NCBI RefSeq assembly: GCF_964355755.1
Contig: NC_092673.1
Coordinates: forward strand, 11,752,948 to 11,816,947
DNA from: Antedon mediterranea
Lineage: Eukaryota; Animalia; Echinodermata
Direction: 5' to 3'
DNA length: 64,000 nucleotides
A program made the position numbers and the translations under genes. Shown here one piece after another: positions 38,401 to 53,400 of this stretch; position 1 is the stretch's first letter; every line of letters begins with the position of its first letter. The notes below the pieces were generated by a model that was given only the letters and a program-made list of their open reading frames with translations, made no database searches and was not told where the DNA came from.

Positions 38401-41400
38401 TTTTATCACGCGAAACAAACTTGAAAGATAAACTGAAAGTTCCTGGAATATTTTTGAATTAAGTTGCAATTTAAACACAAACTAAAAATACGTTTCTGGT
38501 AAAATTTCAATTACTAACCAAAAATCACTCGCTTATGCTTTGTCAAACCATATTATTATAAATTATTCCATCCTCTCATAGTTTATAGGATAAAACTGAA
38601 AAACACATTTGTTTTAACTTGTTATCGTTTTTTAGTTTGTCGAACTTACTCAACGAGAATGTTTCAAAACATTAACCACAGTAGACAAAACACTTTACTG
38701 CATATATTCGATAGACAACTATATCTTCATTGGCGTTGACAACGGAACTGATTTGTTATCCATTTTAGTTTATGTCTTACAATGTAAAGACGTGTTGAAA
38801 ATAATTTTTATATATAATTATTGTCTGATGGCTTTAAGTTCAAACAAGATGGAGATTTCATGTTCTTTTAAATCGGTTGTTGGCGGAGCTTGTGGATTTG
38901 ATAGAAAAGACCGCAAACAGAGCACTGAAGTCCTACCTTTACAAGCATGCCAGAAGGAAATCGCTGCACACAGATACATGTTTAGGTTTACGGGCATCGA
39001 TAGTGAGGTAGACCTACTTCTTAGTCGAGCAGCCATGTTTATCTTGCCCGCTGATATACATAGTTGGACTGTTTGTCCCTTGCATCGATTGGAACTTGGC
39101 TTAGGTTGGTCTCGAGGAAATAACAACAGATGTAGAGTGCCGCCTGATCTCTCTAATCACATCCAAAGCAAGGGAAAGGGACCCAAGTGCGATACGGGTA
39201 TTAGCAAAGAAGATTCGCAACTAATATTAAAGAAAACAGGAACTTTCCTGCAAGTTGGTTCAGGTAAATATAATTTAATTTTTATATATTTTATGTAATT
39301 TAAAAGTTAAACAAAAACCTGTAAGTAAATGTTTTTACGCTTTTTATCAGGTATCTGTTCAACTTGCCGTAAGATGCTGAAGTCATTGTTACCTGTTTTA
39401 CATGCCATTAGCCACTCCAACTTGTCAAACACCGGCATGTGATGTTATGGATACTCAAATGAGCCTATATCAATCTTGTGATCCAACTTTTGCTTCAACT
39501 ACCTCAGAAGATGAATCAATTCAATCTACACCAAGAGAAAAATTAAATGCATTTCTCAATTCAAGGGACGTCAGTCCAATTAGATATCCTTTATCTGCAC
39601 CGCTGGAGCAAGTTTCAGACCGTACTAAACGTTTCCACATGCGCAAGGCTCGTCAAGTTGTCTCTATGTGCCTGGAAGAAATCGCACCTGGTCAGTCGAC
39701 TACTCTACTTGAAGGCTTATGAAGTGATAAAACCACAGAAGCTGACGAAAGAACCGATTCTTCTCTATTAGATGCTCTATCAGAATGCTATCTTCATACT
39801 AACCACTGGAGTACAAGACGTTAGATTTTATCCATCATGGTTGATAAGGTTAACTTCAAGGAACTGCAGAAATGGATACCTAACTTGACTAGATACCGTT
39901 TTAACGTGGCCAAACACCATTTATTGTTACATGGTAGAGGTTCTGTAATTCAACCTCTAAAGAACACTAGAGTATGCGTACAGCCAGGGAAAATTGACCA
40001 CTTTGTTACCTTTATAACAAGTTCTCAAGTTATACAAGACTTGCCATTTGGAGAAAAAACTCTAAAACTTTCTACAGACAGAGTTATAAAAATCCCAAAT
40101 GTTGTGCGTAATCTTATCCCAGAACAATGTATTCTTCAGTACGAGAGTTACTGTCAAGAGAAGAATTTTCAACCTATGAGCCACAGTACATTGCGTAGAG
40201 TTCTCAGCGTTTGTTCTGCTTCTGTACGCAAATCCTTGATTATATCTCTGCCAATGGTGGAAAAGCCTTCGATGACATCGTTGATAAGCTGGGAGATTGC
40301 TATGAAATGGGTTTGACTTGGGCCAAACAAAAAAACCAAAAACTTAAAGATAATAACAATCTTGTTTAAATATCTTGATAACTGCTACAGTATAAATAGA
40401 AAAACAATATAATAAAAAAAACGCAAAGTAGCGCGTTGTATGTTACTCAGTAAAGCATGTAAGAAACATTCAAGACTAATTACATTTTTTATCCAATTCC
40501 TTTTATATATTATTGCAGATTCACATTTCTAACCATTCTGAAGTTGCCGATCATTGTAGGGCGTATGCTCTTAGTTCTTGCGAAGACAATTATTACCAGA
40601 CTGTCTGTGATCATGACCACAATGCAAGATGTGACAGATGTCGTATATTTCCAGAAGCTTTGTCTGAAATTCATGAAGCTTTAAACGAAGTGCGCTGCTC
40701 TTCTGAAGAAAAAGATGACCTGGAGTACGTAATTACACGGTCAGTCCAAGACATCGAGACGTGGAAGGCGCATATCTTAAGATCCATTAACCAAGACGCT
40801 GCACGACATGATATTTTATTTTAGATTTGAATCCTGGTTGTGCCCTAATTGTTTTAGACTGGGCGATGAAGTTTGTACCACGTAAATACCGCCAAAGTCA
40901 AAGAGACTGGTTTGGAAAGCATGGACTTCCGTGGCACATAACGGTCTTGACGAAAAAGAATAAAGATAGAGAGGTACAGATGCTTACGTTTGTGCATATT
41001 TTTAAATCTTGCAGTCAGGATAGTACTACTGTTGTGACAATCATCCGACGATGTGGTGAGGCAGCTGCCATCTATTGCACCCGATATACACTCTGTGTAT
41101 CTGCATCAAGATAATGCAGGATGCTACCACTCTGCCCTAACATTACTCTCGTTACCAAAGATAGCGAAAGAAACGAAGATCAAAATCCGACGTATTGATT
41201 TTTCGGACCCTCAAGGAGGGAAGGGCGCATGTGACCGCAAGGCAGCCCATATAAAAAATCACATGAATAAATATCTTAATTCAGGAAAAGATATTGAAAA
41301 TCCAGAGCAGATGAAGGCAGCAATTGAGTCCTTTGGAGGCATTCCTGGAGTGAATGTCATAGTTTGTGCTTTACCTACTGGTACTATTTGTGCAGCAGGG

Positions 41401-44400
41401 AAATGGAAAGGCGTGAGTGTTAGGAGATACATTTATACTATTATATTATTATCACTTTACCATAGTATTGTACTGTATATATTATATTGGTTGTAGACTA
41501 GACCAAAGTTCAGTAACCAGGTTGTTAGTAATTGTACCTAGGAGATTGCTCATAACTCAAGTTGTCAGAGACACTAGTTTGATGTTCCATATAAGGAAAT
41601 TGTTACAACAACTTCATACTAAGAAGATGATGTCATTTGAATTTCATCTTAAAACCAATTTCATCATCTTTAAGTTATTTGATGAGATCATTATAATCAC
41701 CCCATACATCCTGTATAAGAATATAAATAGTGGTACATTAACCATATTTAATCAGTCCTAATACGAATACTGACATAGCTAAACTAAATGCTGTTAAAGT
41801 CTATTGAAGTATCTAGAAGTCTGTTTGACTGTTTTGAACAACTGAAGTAAAGCGTTATATTAGCCTTGGGCTCAGCTATATTTGTAAGTCTTGAATTGCT
41901 TTATGTATTTTGATTGTGTGTTACCACCATCTTATACTTTGATAATTATTTTATATTATTAATTAATCTTTATCTTTATAATCATTTTAATTGATTTTGT
42001 TATCTTTTGCTTTTCTGTTTGAAGAATAAAATGTAGATTAGATTATATAACTTATCCTTTGTATTGCCTATCTTCTGTTTGTGCCTTGCATGTAACAGTG
42101 AGTCACATCAACAACATAGAGTACGGAAGCAGGTCCATGAAGGTGTGGATGGCGTATGGTATTGGTGCAGGATAAAATCTACTTTTGAGTAAATTCTGTG
42201 TGCCTTCGAAACTACCCAATTTAATTCATAACAAAGATACAACGTCTGATCAAAATCAAGTATCATTTATTACAGTAAAAGCAAGAATACAAGCCAAGAC
42301 ATCTCATGAAGAACAAGCTGATATAAATGACGACGACCAAATAGAAAGTGAAGAAAGTCCTGGCACCCCAGCAAACTGTTCTTTTGTCGCGAACAAGGTT
42401 GCATTAGGTCATATCAGAGGTACTCTTCCCTAGAGAAACACTTAGATTATGAAAATCACAAGAACGCACTAGAACATGAAACACTATATGACAGGGCAAT
42501 GAAATTATACGCAACACAACTAGAAGAGGATACTTCTAAAAATCCAGAACCAACAAGAACCAACAATTTGCCACGGTTTGACATTGGCCCCGACCTGCAA
42601 ATGGGCTGGGCGCTAAAGTCCTCTGCAAAAAAAACCCGATTTTCTGTTCCACAGAAAACCTACCTTATTGATGTTTTTGACGCTGGAGAGCAGACAGGAC
42701 AGAAAGCTGATCCACAAGAGATGAGATCGGCCAGGCACAGCGATGGTTCACATCTATTTAGCAAGAGTGAATTTTTAACAGCACAGCAGATTGCTGAAGT
42801 TTTTTCTCACGCTTAGCTAAAAAAATGAGGACAGATGCAGCCGTTCATGATAATGATGATGACAAAGATGATGAAAATGGAGACGATTCAAAAACGGAAA
42901 AAGAAAGAGAAATTCAACTTTTGTCGCAGACCGTACTGGACACAATAGGCTTGCAGCATCCAATAATGTTTGAAAGGCATAATATTTGTGAACTGAAAGC
43001 TCAAGAAAAACTCTCCAGATTCTCCAATGTTGCAAGAAATGTGTACTTCTCTTGAACTTGATACCACAGATATAACCATAAAGCGCAAGAAGTCATACAT
43101 TGATTTGTTGGGAAAGCTGGTTTCCACGTGCAGTTGCTCGATTGATTAAGGTAGCAACGAAGGTAAAACTGTGTCTGTGAGAATTCTTTAAAATAACAAT
43201 TTAATATGTGGGACGATTCTGTTGTCTAAATTGTTAGTATTTTAAGTCGCGTTCTGTAAATTTGTAATAAAGCGAAGGGGTGAAACTATGGTAAAACAAT
43301 AATTTATTGTTTAGGCTACGAATTATTAGGAAATTTCGCACGAGCACATGAACGTTAACGGTTGTCACCATTCTACTCATTTGCATAACAACAGAGTTCA
43401 GCGAACATTTGCGTTAACGTACTTGCTCGTTTTGATTTTGCGCTTCGACGGGAAGTGTAGAACGCAACACATGTGTAGCGCATGCAACATACGGTACAAG
43501 TATTAAAATAAATCATGGAATACCTTGGGTTTAGAGACTAAGCCTAGCCAGGCATGTTTAATCATGTTTTGGTCAACGTTTTTCATTGACGCTATTTTAT
43601 TTTTCAGAAATAAGGTTCTCGACGCACGTAACTAAAGTTTTTCGTAATGCTTGCGCACGCACAGATCAAGTTGTTTACAAAGTGGGCGGAGCTTGGAAAA
43701 TAGCGTTAACGTGCTCGTGCGAAAACTCCCTATATGAGAAGATTATGAACATTATGTTGTAAAGCCTGTTTTCCATTAGGCGAAATTATTCGCACAAATC
43801 AAACATTTTCGCGTATACGCGCACGCCCAATGGAACACTTGTTTAAACTGCGCATGCGCACGTATAATGCAAACAATTTTCAATTCGCGCGAATAAATTC
43901 ACCTTGTGGAAAACATAACAGGCTTGATGAAGCTAAGCGAGTTATAATGTTGAGCTTAGATAGTAATTGCTTAATTTCATCATGGGTTAGTCGTTTAAAT
44001 TTTACTAGAAATTTATTTTTAGTTTGTGTTTATATGAAAACGTAATTCCAAATTATTCAGGACCTTTCAGTTTACCTTTAAAGTTTGTTTCTCGTAGTAA
44101 AATTTACCTTAAATCTGTAAATAGAAAACAATAGGTACATCTGATTGATCTTGCCGACAGATAAAATCTTTGAATTTCTTACAACTTTGTGGCTCTGGCG
44201 CGGAGCGCAAAATAGTTTCCCCACATTTTTTTTACTTGATTCATAAATATTAGTATCTAAACTTTAGATTGATGATTTTTTTATTAAAAAAAAATTCGTC
44301 GCAAATGAAAAAAACGCGTATGTGTTTACCCTACTTTTTAAGAGTTTTATATATGCTAATTAGTAATTAATTAGTAAAAATCTTAGAATTTCATCAAATT

Positions 44401-47400
44401 TTTTGAAACTTTACTGAATTATTGTCAAGATGCTAGTTAACATAAGTGTAAAATATTAAAACGCTAGGTAGCTACGTTTGGCTTCCAGAGGCTGTTAAAC
44501 TTAATGTAAATTATACACCAAAAATTAACAAAATTCGATTTTCTCGAAAACTAAGCGATATTTTACCAAACAAACTACACATCAGGTTTACTTAAATCAA
44601 GGTCTACCAATGTGCAAAATATGAGCCAATTCAAAATTTTGACCCTTGCCACTAAATTACGAATATGTCTGATTTTTGGTTACAAGCACTCTTAAATATC
44701 AATATAATTGGTTTGTGGGTTACTCAGGACAAATCTTTCATTATTTGTTATTATAATAATATTTGCATGGTGAAACCATTTGCTGTCGTAGCTTGGCGTA
44801 CTCGTTGATTTCGTGATGGTTAAAACGGCAGAAATAGGGAGATTTCGCAACCTTACGAATACGATAACGAAAATGGATACGTCGCACATTTGTGAAACTT
44901 TTGAGCTGATCCCCATTTCATATTCGTAAAGCGTATTCATGTTGACGAATATCACCAGTCATATTCGTAACTACAAAACGAGTATAGTTTTTGATCTATT
45001 TTGCACATTTTGCATTTGAATCAGGAATGATTCATGATTATAATATAATTATACTTTTATTGAAAGTAATTTACTAAAATGCCAGGTCAATTTTGATAAA
45101 TAGCAGTTTTTAAAGTCCTCACTCGCTTTGATGTTACGCTAGGTCTAGGCAGCCAAGTACCAAGCAACATGTACCTGCGCTTCGCTCAAATTTACCGCAG
45201 TCATATTTTGGACGGCGCCCTCAATATTTCGTTGCCATGCGAAACAGATTTTTACTGGCTTACGAAAAACGAATATGTGTGCGTGACGTATCCGTTTTCG
45301 TAAGATTGCGAAAACTCCCTCATAACTATAAAAACTGCCATCCATACTTACAGGAACACCAATCCAAACATAATTTATTAATTCAAACAATGAAAAAGTC
45401 ACGAAACGGTTAAAAAACGAAGTTAAAACAGGAGCGATTGAAAAAGCATAGCATCGCCGATGCACAGCGCCACTCAATAGAGTGTATACAGCAGACGCCG
45501 TGATTCCAGACAATCTCCTATCCAGAATACAACCTGGCCCTACATTGCTTAACTTCGGAGATCTGACGAGAACCGGTGTTTCAATGCTGTATGGCCGTAT
45601 AACAAGTTCAGCATGAATTAAATATACACTTACTATCAACCGGCAAGATTTTGCTGGATCAGATTATTTTGGCCAAGTTAGATGAGTGCATTCTGAAACT
45701 AAAACTGGAAGCAGGTTTTTAAGATAGGATTTTCTTCTAAATTACCTGAAAAAGCTCTCTCATTTGTAAAAGTTTTTCTTCAAATTTATCCAGATTCCAG
45801 TAAGTGACTATTCCCAGTCTGGTGTTGTTCACACGTATCCTAACCATTTGTTGTTTCAGGTCATTGCCACAGATATCCTGCCGACTTAAAACCTTCAATA
45901 GAAAAAAAATGCTTGCTGTAAAAGAAACAAGAACTGGAGACTTGTGGATAAGGTACCTCTGATGTTAGGTGATTCAGGGTTATATCATCATCGTTTTCAA
46001 CATAAAAAAAACTCATGGCCTAAAATATAATAATTTTCAGTGCTGCTTTTGACATTATTGGAAATGGCATGTATGTATAATTGTGGTACTTCTGGTTGGT
46101 GACTTTACTGCCTAGAATCTGGAAGGACACTATCAATGTTGCTCATCAGTACTATTTTTATTACTTACTGTATGTTTATTTAGTGTTTTGCTAATCTTAT
46201 TTGCTTCCTGCAGATGAATAGACAAACGCAATAAATCCAGTCTGCTATTATAAGGATCTATGAAGAATTAAAAAATCAAATTGCAATTAATGAATTAAAA
46301 GATTATAAAGTATGTAATAATGCTATTTTGGTAAAACATACATACAGAGCAAGAAGCATTACTGAATTATGGTATACAGTATGTATGGTATCGTATGTAC
46401 ATTTCTCCCGATAATTTGGATAAACATATTTTATGATATTTTCCAGTTAAATACAACATTCCCGCCTCTGGTATGCAAATACCCATGATTACTATTATAG
46501 ATGCCAATATCTTTCTATAATTGCGCCCTAATTAGTAAAAAATGTTGTAGTTTTAATAAAGTTAATCACTTCCGTAGAAAAAAAAAACAAATAATGTTTT
46601 CACTTATAAAATGACAAAATAAATGGTTAAATTCAACCAAAAACCAACTGGCTGGCAGCAAATTTGACCATTTTTTTCAGATAATTACATTTTTTTTCAA
46701 TCCAATTTTTGGTCAAAGTGGATAATTATTCTGTTACATTAAAATGGCATATTCAAAAAATGTTTCGTTAAGAATTATTTTTTAAGGGGGACAATACATC
46801 TTTAACTAAAATTTACCTAATGATATAGCGATAGATTTCTTCTTTTCATTATGATGTAGCTTTAAATTATGCAGTCTCTGGATACTTTTTTCCATTCTGA
46901 GTTTTTCCTGTTGTAGTTCCATTATTACATGTGAATGACTTAGTTTTTCTCTCGAGATTGGCTCCATCTGAATAAGTCTCTTGCCATCGGTTAAGATTTC
47001 AGTTTCCAGAACCTATTGTCAATACAAAAAGATGTGTTCAGACTGACTGGTTTAGAGTACAATACATTATCAAAAAAAGGAACTACAGTCACTGTTGTAG
47101 CTGTGACTAGAAAACTGAGAATAAAAAAATGCAGGTATTTATTTACAGGTAGCTTTGAATCTAGCTGAGTCGTTCATTTTAATCTAAAAGAAAGCCAAGT
47201 AACATTTGTTGGAAATTTTGACACTAATAATGTACTTTCATACCTAAGATTATCTTTTATTTTGTCAAATCATAATTGAATACATGGGATACGATAAAAA
47301 TAGATACAGTGTTATAAAACACAGTATGTACTGTAGATGTTACTATAGTTATTGTACATTTGTTCCGTACTTACACTCTTTTGATTCTGTAACTTTGTAA

Positions 47401-50400
47401 TCTCATCTTTAGCATCCATGGTTTGCTTTTCCTAATACCACAAAAGACAACCATTAAAACAAGTTTATTTTCATATATACAGTATTATTATCAATTGAGA
47501 TTTTTGAATAACAATTAAATATAATATTATCAATAAATATTAATTATGAAACGCAAGTGCCATTTTGGCCATATTTTGCAATTCTTATACATTAGCAATT
47601 TGTGCAATGTTTCCATTGAGATGAATCACTATATACATACTTTATGTTCTCTTAGTTGGTTGTTGCATAAGATCGTTTGATGGGGGTTTTTTTATCATCA
47701 AAGTACACTGAGACTATAATTGTATTGCTATAGTGAAATTGAGTGTGAAAACACAATATTCTAATCAAATTAAAGGAATAGTTTATTTTACAAAAACATG
47801 AATACTATACCAATTCAGCAGATAAGGCAATCAACCTGGCTTCATAATATTTTTTTTGTTCCACAAGTTCTTTTTGTGCAGCTTGCTATTTAAAAAAAAT
47901 AAATGAGTTGAATACAGTACAATGACATTTTTATAAACACATAACATAACTGTATAGCATTCAAAAGAAACAATATTTTAGTGATGTTGACAAGCATCAA
48001 GGTTGTGTGATTTTTATACGGTCATCATTAATATAAAAAAAATATCACAAATTGTTGGACAGCGGTAAAACAGAAAGAATGCTACAAACTGTTAATTGAT
48101 TTTCAATGACCTGATATTTGTATTAAAAATGTCATTTTCTTATGTAAAATTGATTGTTCTGAAGCTTCTAAAAAAGATAATATAAATAAAAGAAATTTTA
48201 AACCCAAAGTTACCCTTTAATCAATTTCCTAATCATAAGTCAGCATACAAAACTCATTTAGTCACAACTGGTGTTTTTGGAGTCCCCCTCATAAACAAGG
48301 CTTGGTAATTGTAAAAATATTAATAGCTCTTGGCAAATGGCAAAATTTAAATAAAAACAAATCAGAAAACTATATTCGGAGAGAGAGGGCTCACTACTTG
48401 ATATTCCGGTCCATATTAAAAGAATACAAAGGGTATGCTATTTAATATATCGCATGGAGGATACAGGTAAGTCAGATTTTAATACAAGAAGCTTTTGTGA
48501 TGTGACCAATAGATCAATTTTCCTGTAGCATAGCATGTTAACATTCAGGACGATAACTTAGCAAAATTCTATTTTGCAAAGTAATAAATTCAACAACATA
48601 ACCAAATTTACAGAATATCTATACCTTATGTTCTTTTAACTTTGCTTCTTGTTGGCTCTCTAATCTGACAACAAATAGAAATTTATCATATATCACAATG
48701 CACAACATTAATATATTATAACACACTTGATTGTATCCTTCCAATTTAATTGGTTAATTTTGCATCACATGTCATTCAGCATTAGCTCTACCTAACGGAA
48801 AAGTGATATCTAATGGTGATAATTAATGCATCTTCAGCTTTTTGTAAACATTTGAGAATTTTTGCCATGCAACGTTGTTGACTAATCCGAGTTCGAGTAT
48901 CAACTTGTTGTACGTGCCTCTATTAACTGTTCTACCCCGCATATAAAGTTGAAGCAATGCCTTTTTTTTCCAGCTTCCTGGCCTAGTATATATCAATGAT
49001 AAATTGAATAAAAGTATGTAAAACAAAAAATTAATGTTTTGTATTCGTTGAATGGAGAGAATATTTCATTCAATGACAAATTGACAGCTCTATTTTCAAC
49101 TTTGACACTTCAACTCATGAAGTATTCTCACCATCCAACTGATAATAATCCAAATACTAATGGTTGTCCAGTATATGTGGTTCTTGCAACCTTAATAGGA
49201 GATATTAGGGTTTATAATCTTCATATAGAGCAAAATATAAACATTGTTCAAAATACAGGTCCATATTTGTATTAACATAAAATAGGAATGAAAATAACCT
49301 GTGTTTTACCAATTCAGTCATACCTTGAAGCTTGTTTTGTAATTAACTCATTCCGGGCAAACTCAAAATCATTTTGTTTTGATGATTTACGATTCTTTTG
49401 TCTGCAATTAGTAACCTCAAAAGGGTGGTTAAATCGGAAGTAATGGTCACCAATTACAATGCGATCACCCTGCAATTTAGAAAAACATGTGTACAGTAGA
49501 TGTGTTTAAAAAAAAATTGTTTTCTCTTATTTGTTACTAACATTGTAAACATACGTCTAAAAGTTCAAATTTAGAAAGAACAATTAAAATACCATCTTAA
49601 AACTATTGAAAAGAGTATTGAAAAGTCATACCAAAGGCCAATAAAATTGAAGCACACGTTATTGCGAGTACAATATAATTTATACTAAAATAATGTAATG
49701 CAAAGCAATTTTAAAAATTAAATTTACAAAAAATTGTGTTTTGATGTACACAGCTAAAATAAGAGGATAATTTAAAGATATAATGTCCCTATAAAAAAAT
49801 AATTTTTTTTTAATGCAATTTTAAAAGATTTAATAGTAATATTCACTTTGACCAAAAATGTAATCGAACAAAAAAGGGTTATTAGAAAAACCCTGTTAAA
49901 GCAAATGGGTTTTTGTTTTTTTTATCTACAGAAGTTAATAAACTTGAAGTTTGTGGAGACAATACATCTTTAAGTAAAAATTGTTCTTACATGATGAAGT
50001 ACAGTAGGTGAAGTGACTAACGATCCATTTAGGTATGTATCAGCATCTGCCATTGAACTAACACTTACAATATTGTCAACGTTATTAAATATGCTATAGA
50101 AAAAAACAAAAGCACTGATTACACTTACAAATATATTTTTTTTTATATATTTGGAAAAAAATGAAAATAAAAGAGGTACTTATATACACCAGTTGAAATG
50201 ATGACTGAATTTACTCTGTTTAATAATATGCTAGCTGGTGCTAAAATATAGTAGGGTACTGTAGTACAGTATATATAATGAATACTACAGTACTATTAAA
50301 TCATGACACATATGATTATTTTCAACTGCTCATAAGCTTAGTCTGTCTCTAGACATGTCAATAGTAAATGACACACTTTATTATATTATATAAGTGTGCC

Positions 50401-53400
50401 ACTGATTATATATCGAAATACATAAATAAAAATTCACAATTCAATTTATTCTCCTATTATACAGACAATGTCTAAAATTTTGTAAATGACCTGCACCTTA
50501 GTGAAGCCCATTTTCAGGTTCTCTTAGCTCTTTCAAAAATTTGCAACAGCTTAAACAACCTTTCATACCTGCTCCTATTCCAGATCGCCAAATAAATCGT
50601 GTCTCAATGTTTTGTTTTCACAACACACCACGTGGCTATGTGCCAATCATTTTAGTCGATGGGCACATAGCCACCTGTCTCATAAAAGCCCTATGCTTTA
50701 TGCGCAATCTAATACGAACTCAGAACTGCTATGTGGTTTCATAATATTGGTAGTACATGAAAAGTATATATTATATTTACCAGTGCATTGAGGCTACTAA
50801 TGCCCCCTGAAGTTGTATATCACTTGTTGATGACTTTCTATGCTGACCAACTGTACTTTGACCTTCCTTTAAAAGGTAGAGAAGGACCTCTGAAAGCTGA
50901 GGGTCTTCATTTAAATTTACAAGATTCGGTAGTTTGTTATCCACTTTTAAAGATATTCCAGATTTCTGACAAAAAATTAAGAAATAACTAGTTCCAGCAA
51001 CAGAATTACAGTATGTAAAGTATTTTGGAAAATAATTTGTGTTTAATTATATTTTAATTTATTTAGCTAACTCTCGTAAAAGAGAAGAACAGCAAAAAAA
51101 AAAAAAAAATAAAGTTGTAATAATACCTCTAGGCCTCTTGATTGCTTTTCCCTACTTTTTTCACTCTGCTGTAATTTTGTTTCCCAAGCTCTTGTGGCAT
51201 CTGTCATTCGTTGTTCACTCTCATTTAGTTGCTCCTTTAAAAACTTGATCTCCTCCAAACTTTGGTGGTAGGCAGAATCTGATGTTGTACAACCCTTTCT
51301 ACATCTACGAAGATTATCCACTTCTGCACGCAACTCTAAAATAAAATTCAAAATATAAAGTCCAAACAGCAGAAACGATAATTTGTTTTCATACACATCA
51401 AAATCGCCACTTACAGGATGGATAAACTTTCATAATTATATTGCCCTTGTAAACCGATTCATATTAGATGAGTAACGTGCTAGACGCTAGTGTGTTTTGA
51501 AAAGGCGCTTTCACTATGTAGGCCTATTATTTACAAAAATTATGATAATGTAGCCGTATAATCAGGGAAGAGTGAACATTGGTATAATAATTGAAAATGT
51601 GCTACTAAAAGTATTGAACATCATAGTGAAACAACAGTTGAAATGAAACTCTTTTTGTTTGCCTGATGTTGAAATAAATAATATTAATGCTCCAAACTAA
51701 AATACTCCAATAAAAAAAAATATATTTTTTCTATACCTCTTATTAACCTTGCATTTGGATCCTCATTCACCTTTGCTGCATTTATAATAGATCTAGCTTG
51801 CTTGGCATATCGTAGTGTGCTTAAAGTTTCCTCAATGTGAATACTGGAAGGACTGATTGTTGCAATCATTGCTGTTTTAGCATTGCCTCCCAAACTATCT
51901 TTAAGCATCCTTGTATACAAATATAAACAAATTTATAATTTTTTTAATTTTTGTCATTTACCTGCCAAACATAAATAGAAATATTAATTTTAAAAATTCT
52001 AGTCGTTTCTAGTATGTCTAATGAGATTCTTTATGATTGTATGAAGTTCAACATCTTAAAACAAGTTTCAGTAGTTTTGAAAACAACACAAATTCACCAA
52101 TGTTATACAAGTTGTATAATACTAGATGGTACGTGCCCACAGATGGATCTAGAATACACAGTCATTTTAGCGTAAAAAAAATGCATGTACTGCATGACTA
52201 TAAAACATTTATGTCGTTTACAGACCCAAATAAATAGACACAATGATTTATGTAGTCAACTAAAATTAGCACCCTGGGAATTACTTCTGAAAGATAAACT
52301 TGTCACAAAATGAGTCAAAATTTTTGATTTGGACTCATTTAAACAAACCCAATTTGTATTTTGTATATAACATTAGGGTTGAGGGATGGGGAATAGGATA
52401 GGTACAAAGAGGAACAATTTTTAAATATATTCTTTATCGACACAGTAACGAAATATGTTTTTCATGTTTTATAGGCCTTTAAATAATATACCACTAAATA
52501 CAGTAAAACATTTGCGATTTAATACTTTGTTAAAACTGTCCCTGTTATAGTCGATTGAAATAGTAAAGTACTTGTAACGATACACCACTATGACGTTTAT
52601 ATTATTGGTAATTATTAATACAAACATTGATAGCAACTGTCATTAATCAAGTTTATTTGTATGTATTTATATATCTAACAGTAGTGGCTACCCACACTCA
52701 GTAATAAAGTTTATTTGTATATGTGTTTATATATCAAACAGTATCCACACTCGCAGTAAGAAATTTGCGAGTCAAATGGCGACCAAAAATGGTTAATACA
52801 TATTTACAGTATTGTCAAAGTATTGCAATACTGTATTGACAGTTTTAAGTTTATCCGCAGGGACTCATAAATTTACCTACTTGTGTTAAACCAAATTAAT
52901 ATACTGATTGCCTGGCCTAGATAAGTCTAAGCTAGTGATCACTTTGCGAGTAAAGTAGGTAAACATGACAGCCTTTTAGCTATAGTATGATCTACTTATT
53001 TGGGGTCAATTTAAGGTCAACCTTGATTTTACGAATCCTATGTTTTATGTATGCCTTTTGGTTCCATACCGTACATAAAAATGAAGGTTCTACTGTAGTA
53101 TGAAATTAAGGGTGTTGCCCTGTGAACACCCTGCATCTGCCCCTGTATAGTGTGAATACAATTTTGTGGAAACATTCTGAGGCCTGTTTTTGTTCCAAGA
53201 TGTCCCAAGTTGTATTGTTACTGTGCACGTGTGTATAGCCCTGGTATTAAACTGACCAATCATTGTAATCAAATAACGTGCAACTATGCTTTCTCCTGAG
53301 ATTTCACAAGGTTTGGAGATCAAACCTGGTTACAATTTGTTACAAGTTGCAGATGTGAACTAGTCCTATACATAAACATTTGATTTGGCATACCAGCAAG

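Larger units (their letters stand above)
37833..44691 (+). mobile_element. Sola3 DNA transposon (full-length, decayed) in a KIF14 intron
   Basis: GAG...CTC termini, TTAA TSDs (37829-37832, 44692-44695), ~690-bp imperfect TIRs (37833-~38520 vs ~43985-44691), and an internal transposase with a D-D-D triad. Confidence 0.88.

Noticed and set aside
45145-45639. 164-aa ORF
   Set aside because: It runs through the 5S copy and a MITE, so it is a chance open frame.
47641-47700. Extra KIF14 micro-exon ending ...LREHK with a GTATGT donor
   Set aside because: No in-frame AG acceptor with a pyrimidine tract; not needed for phase.
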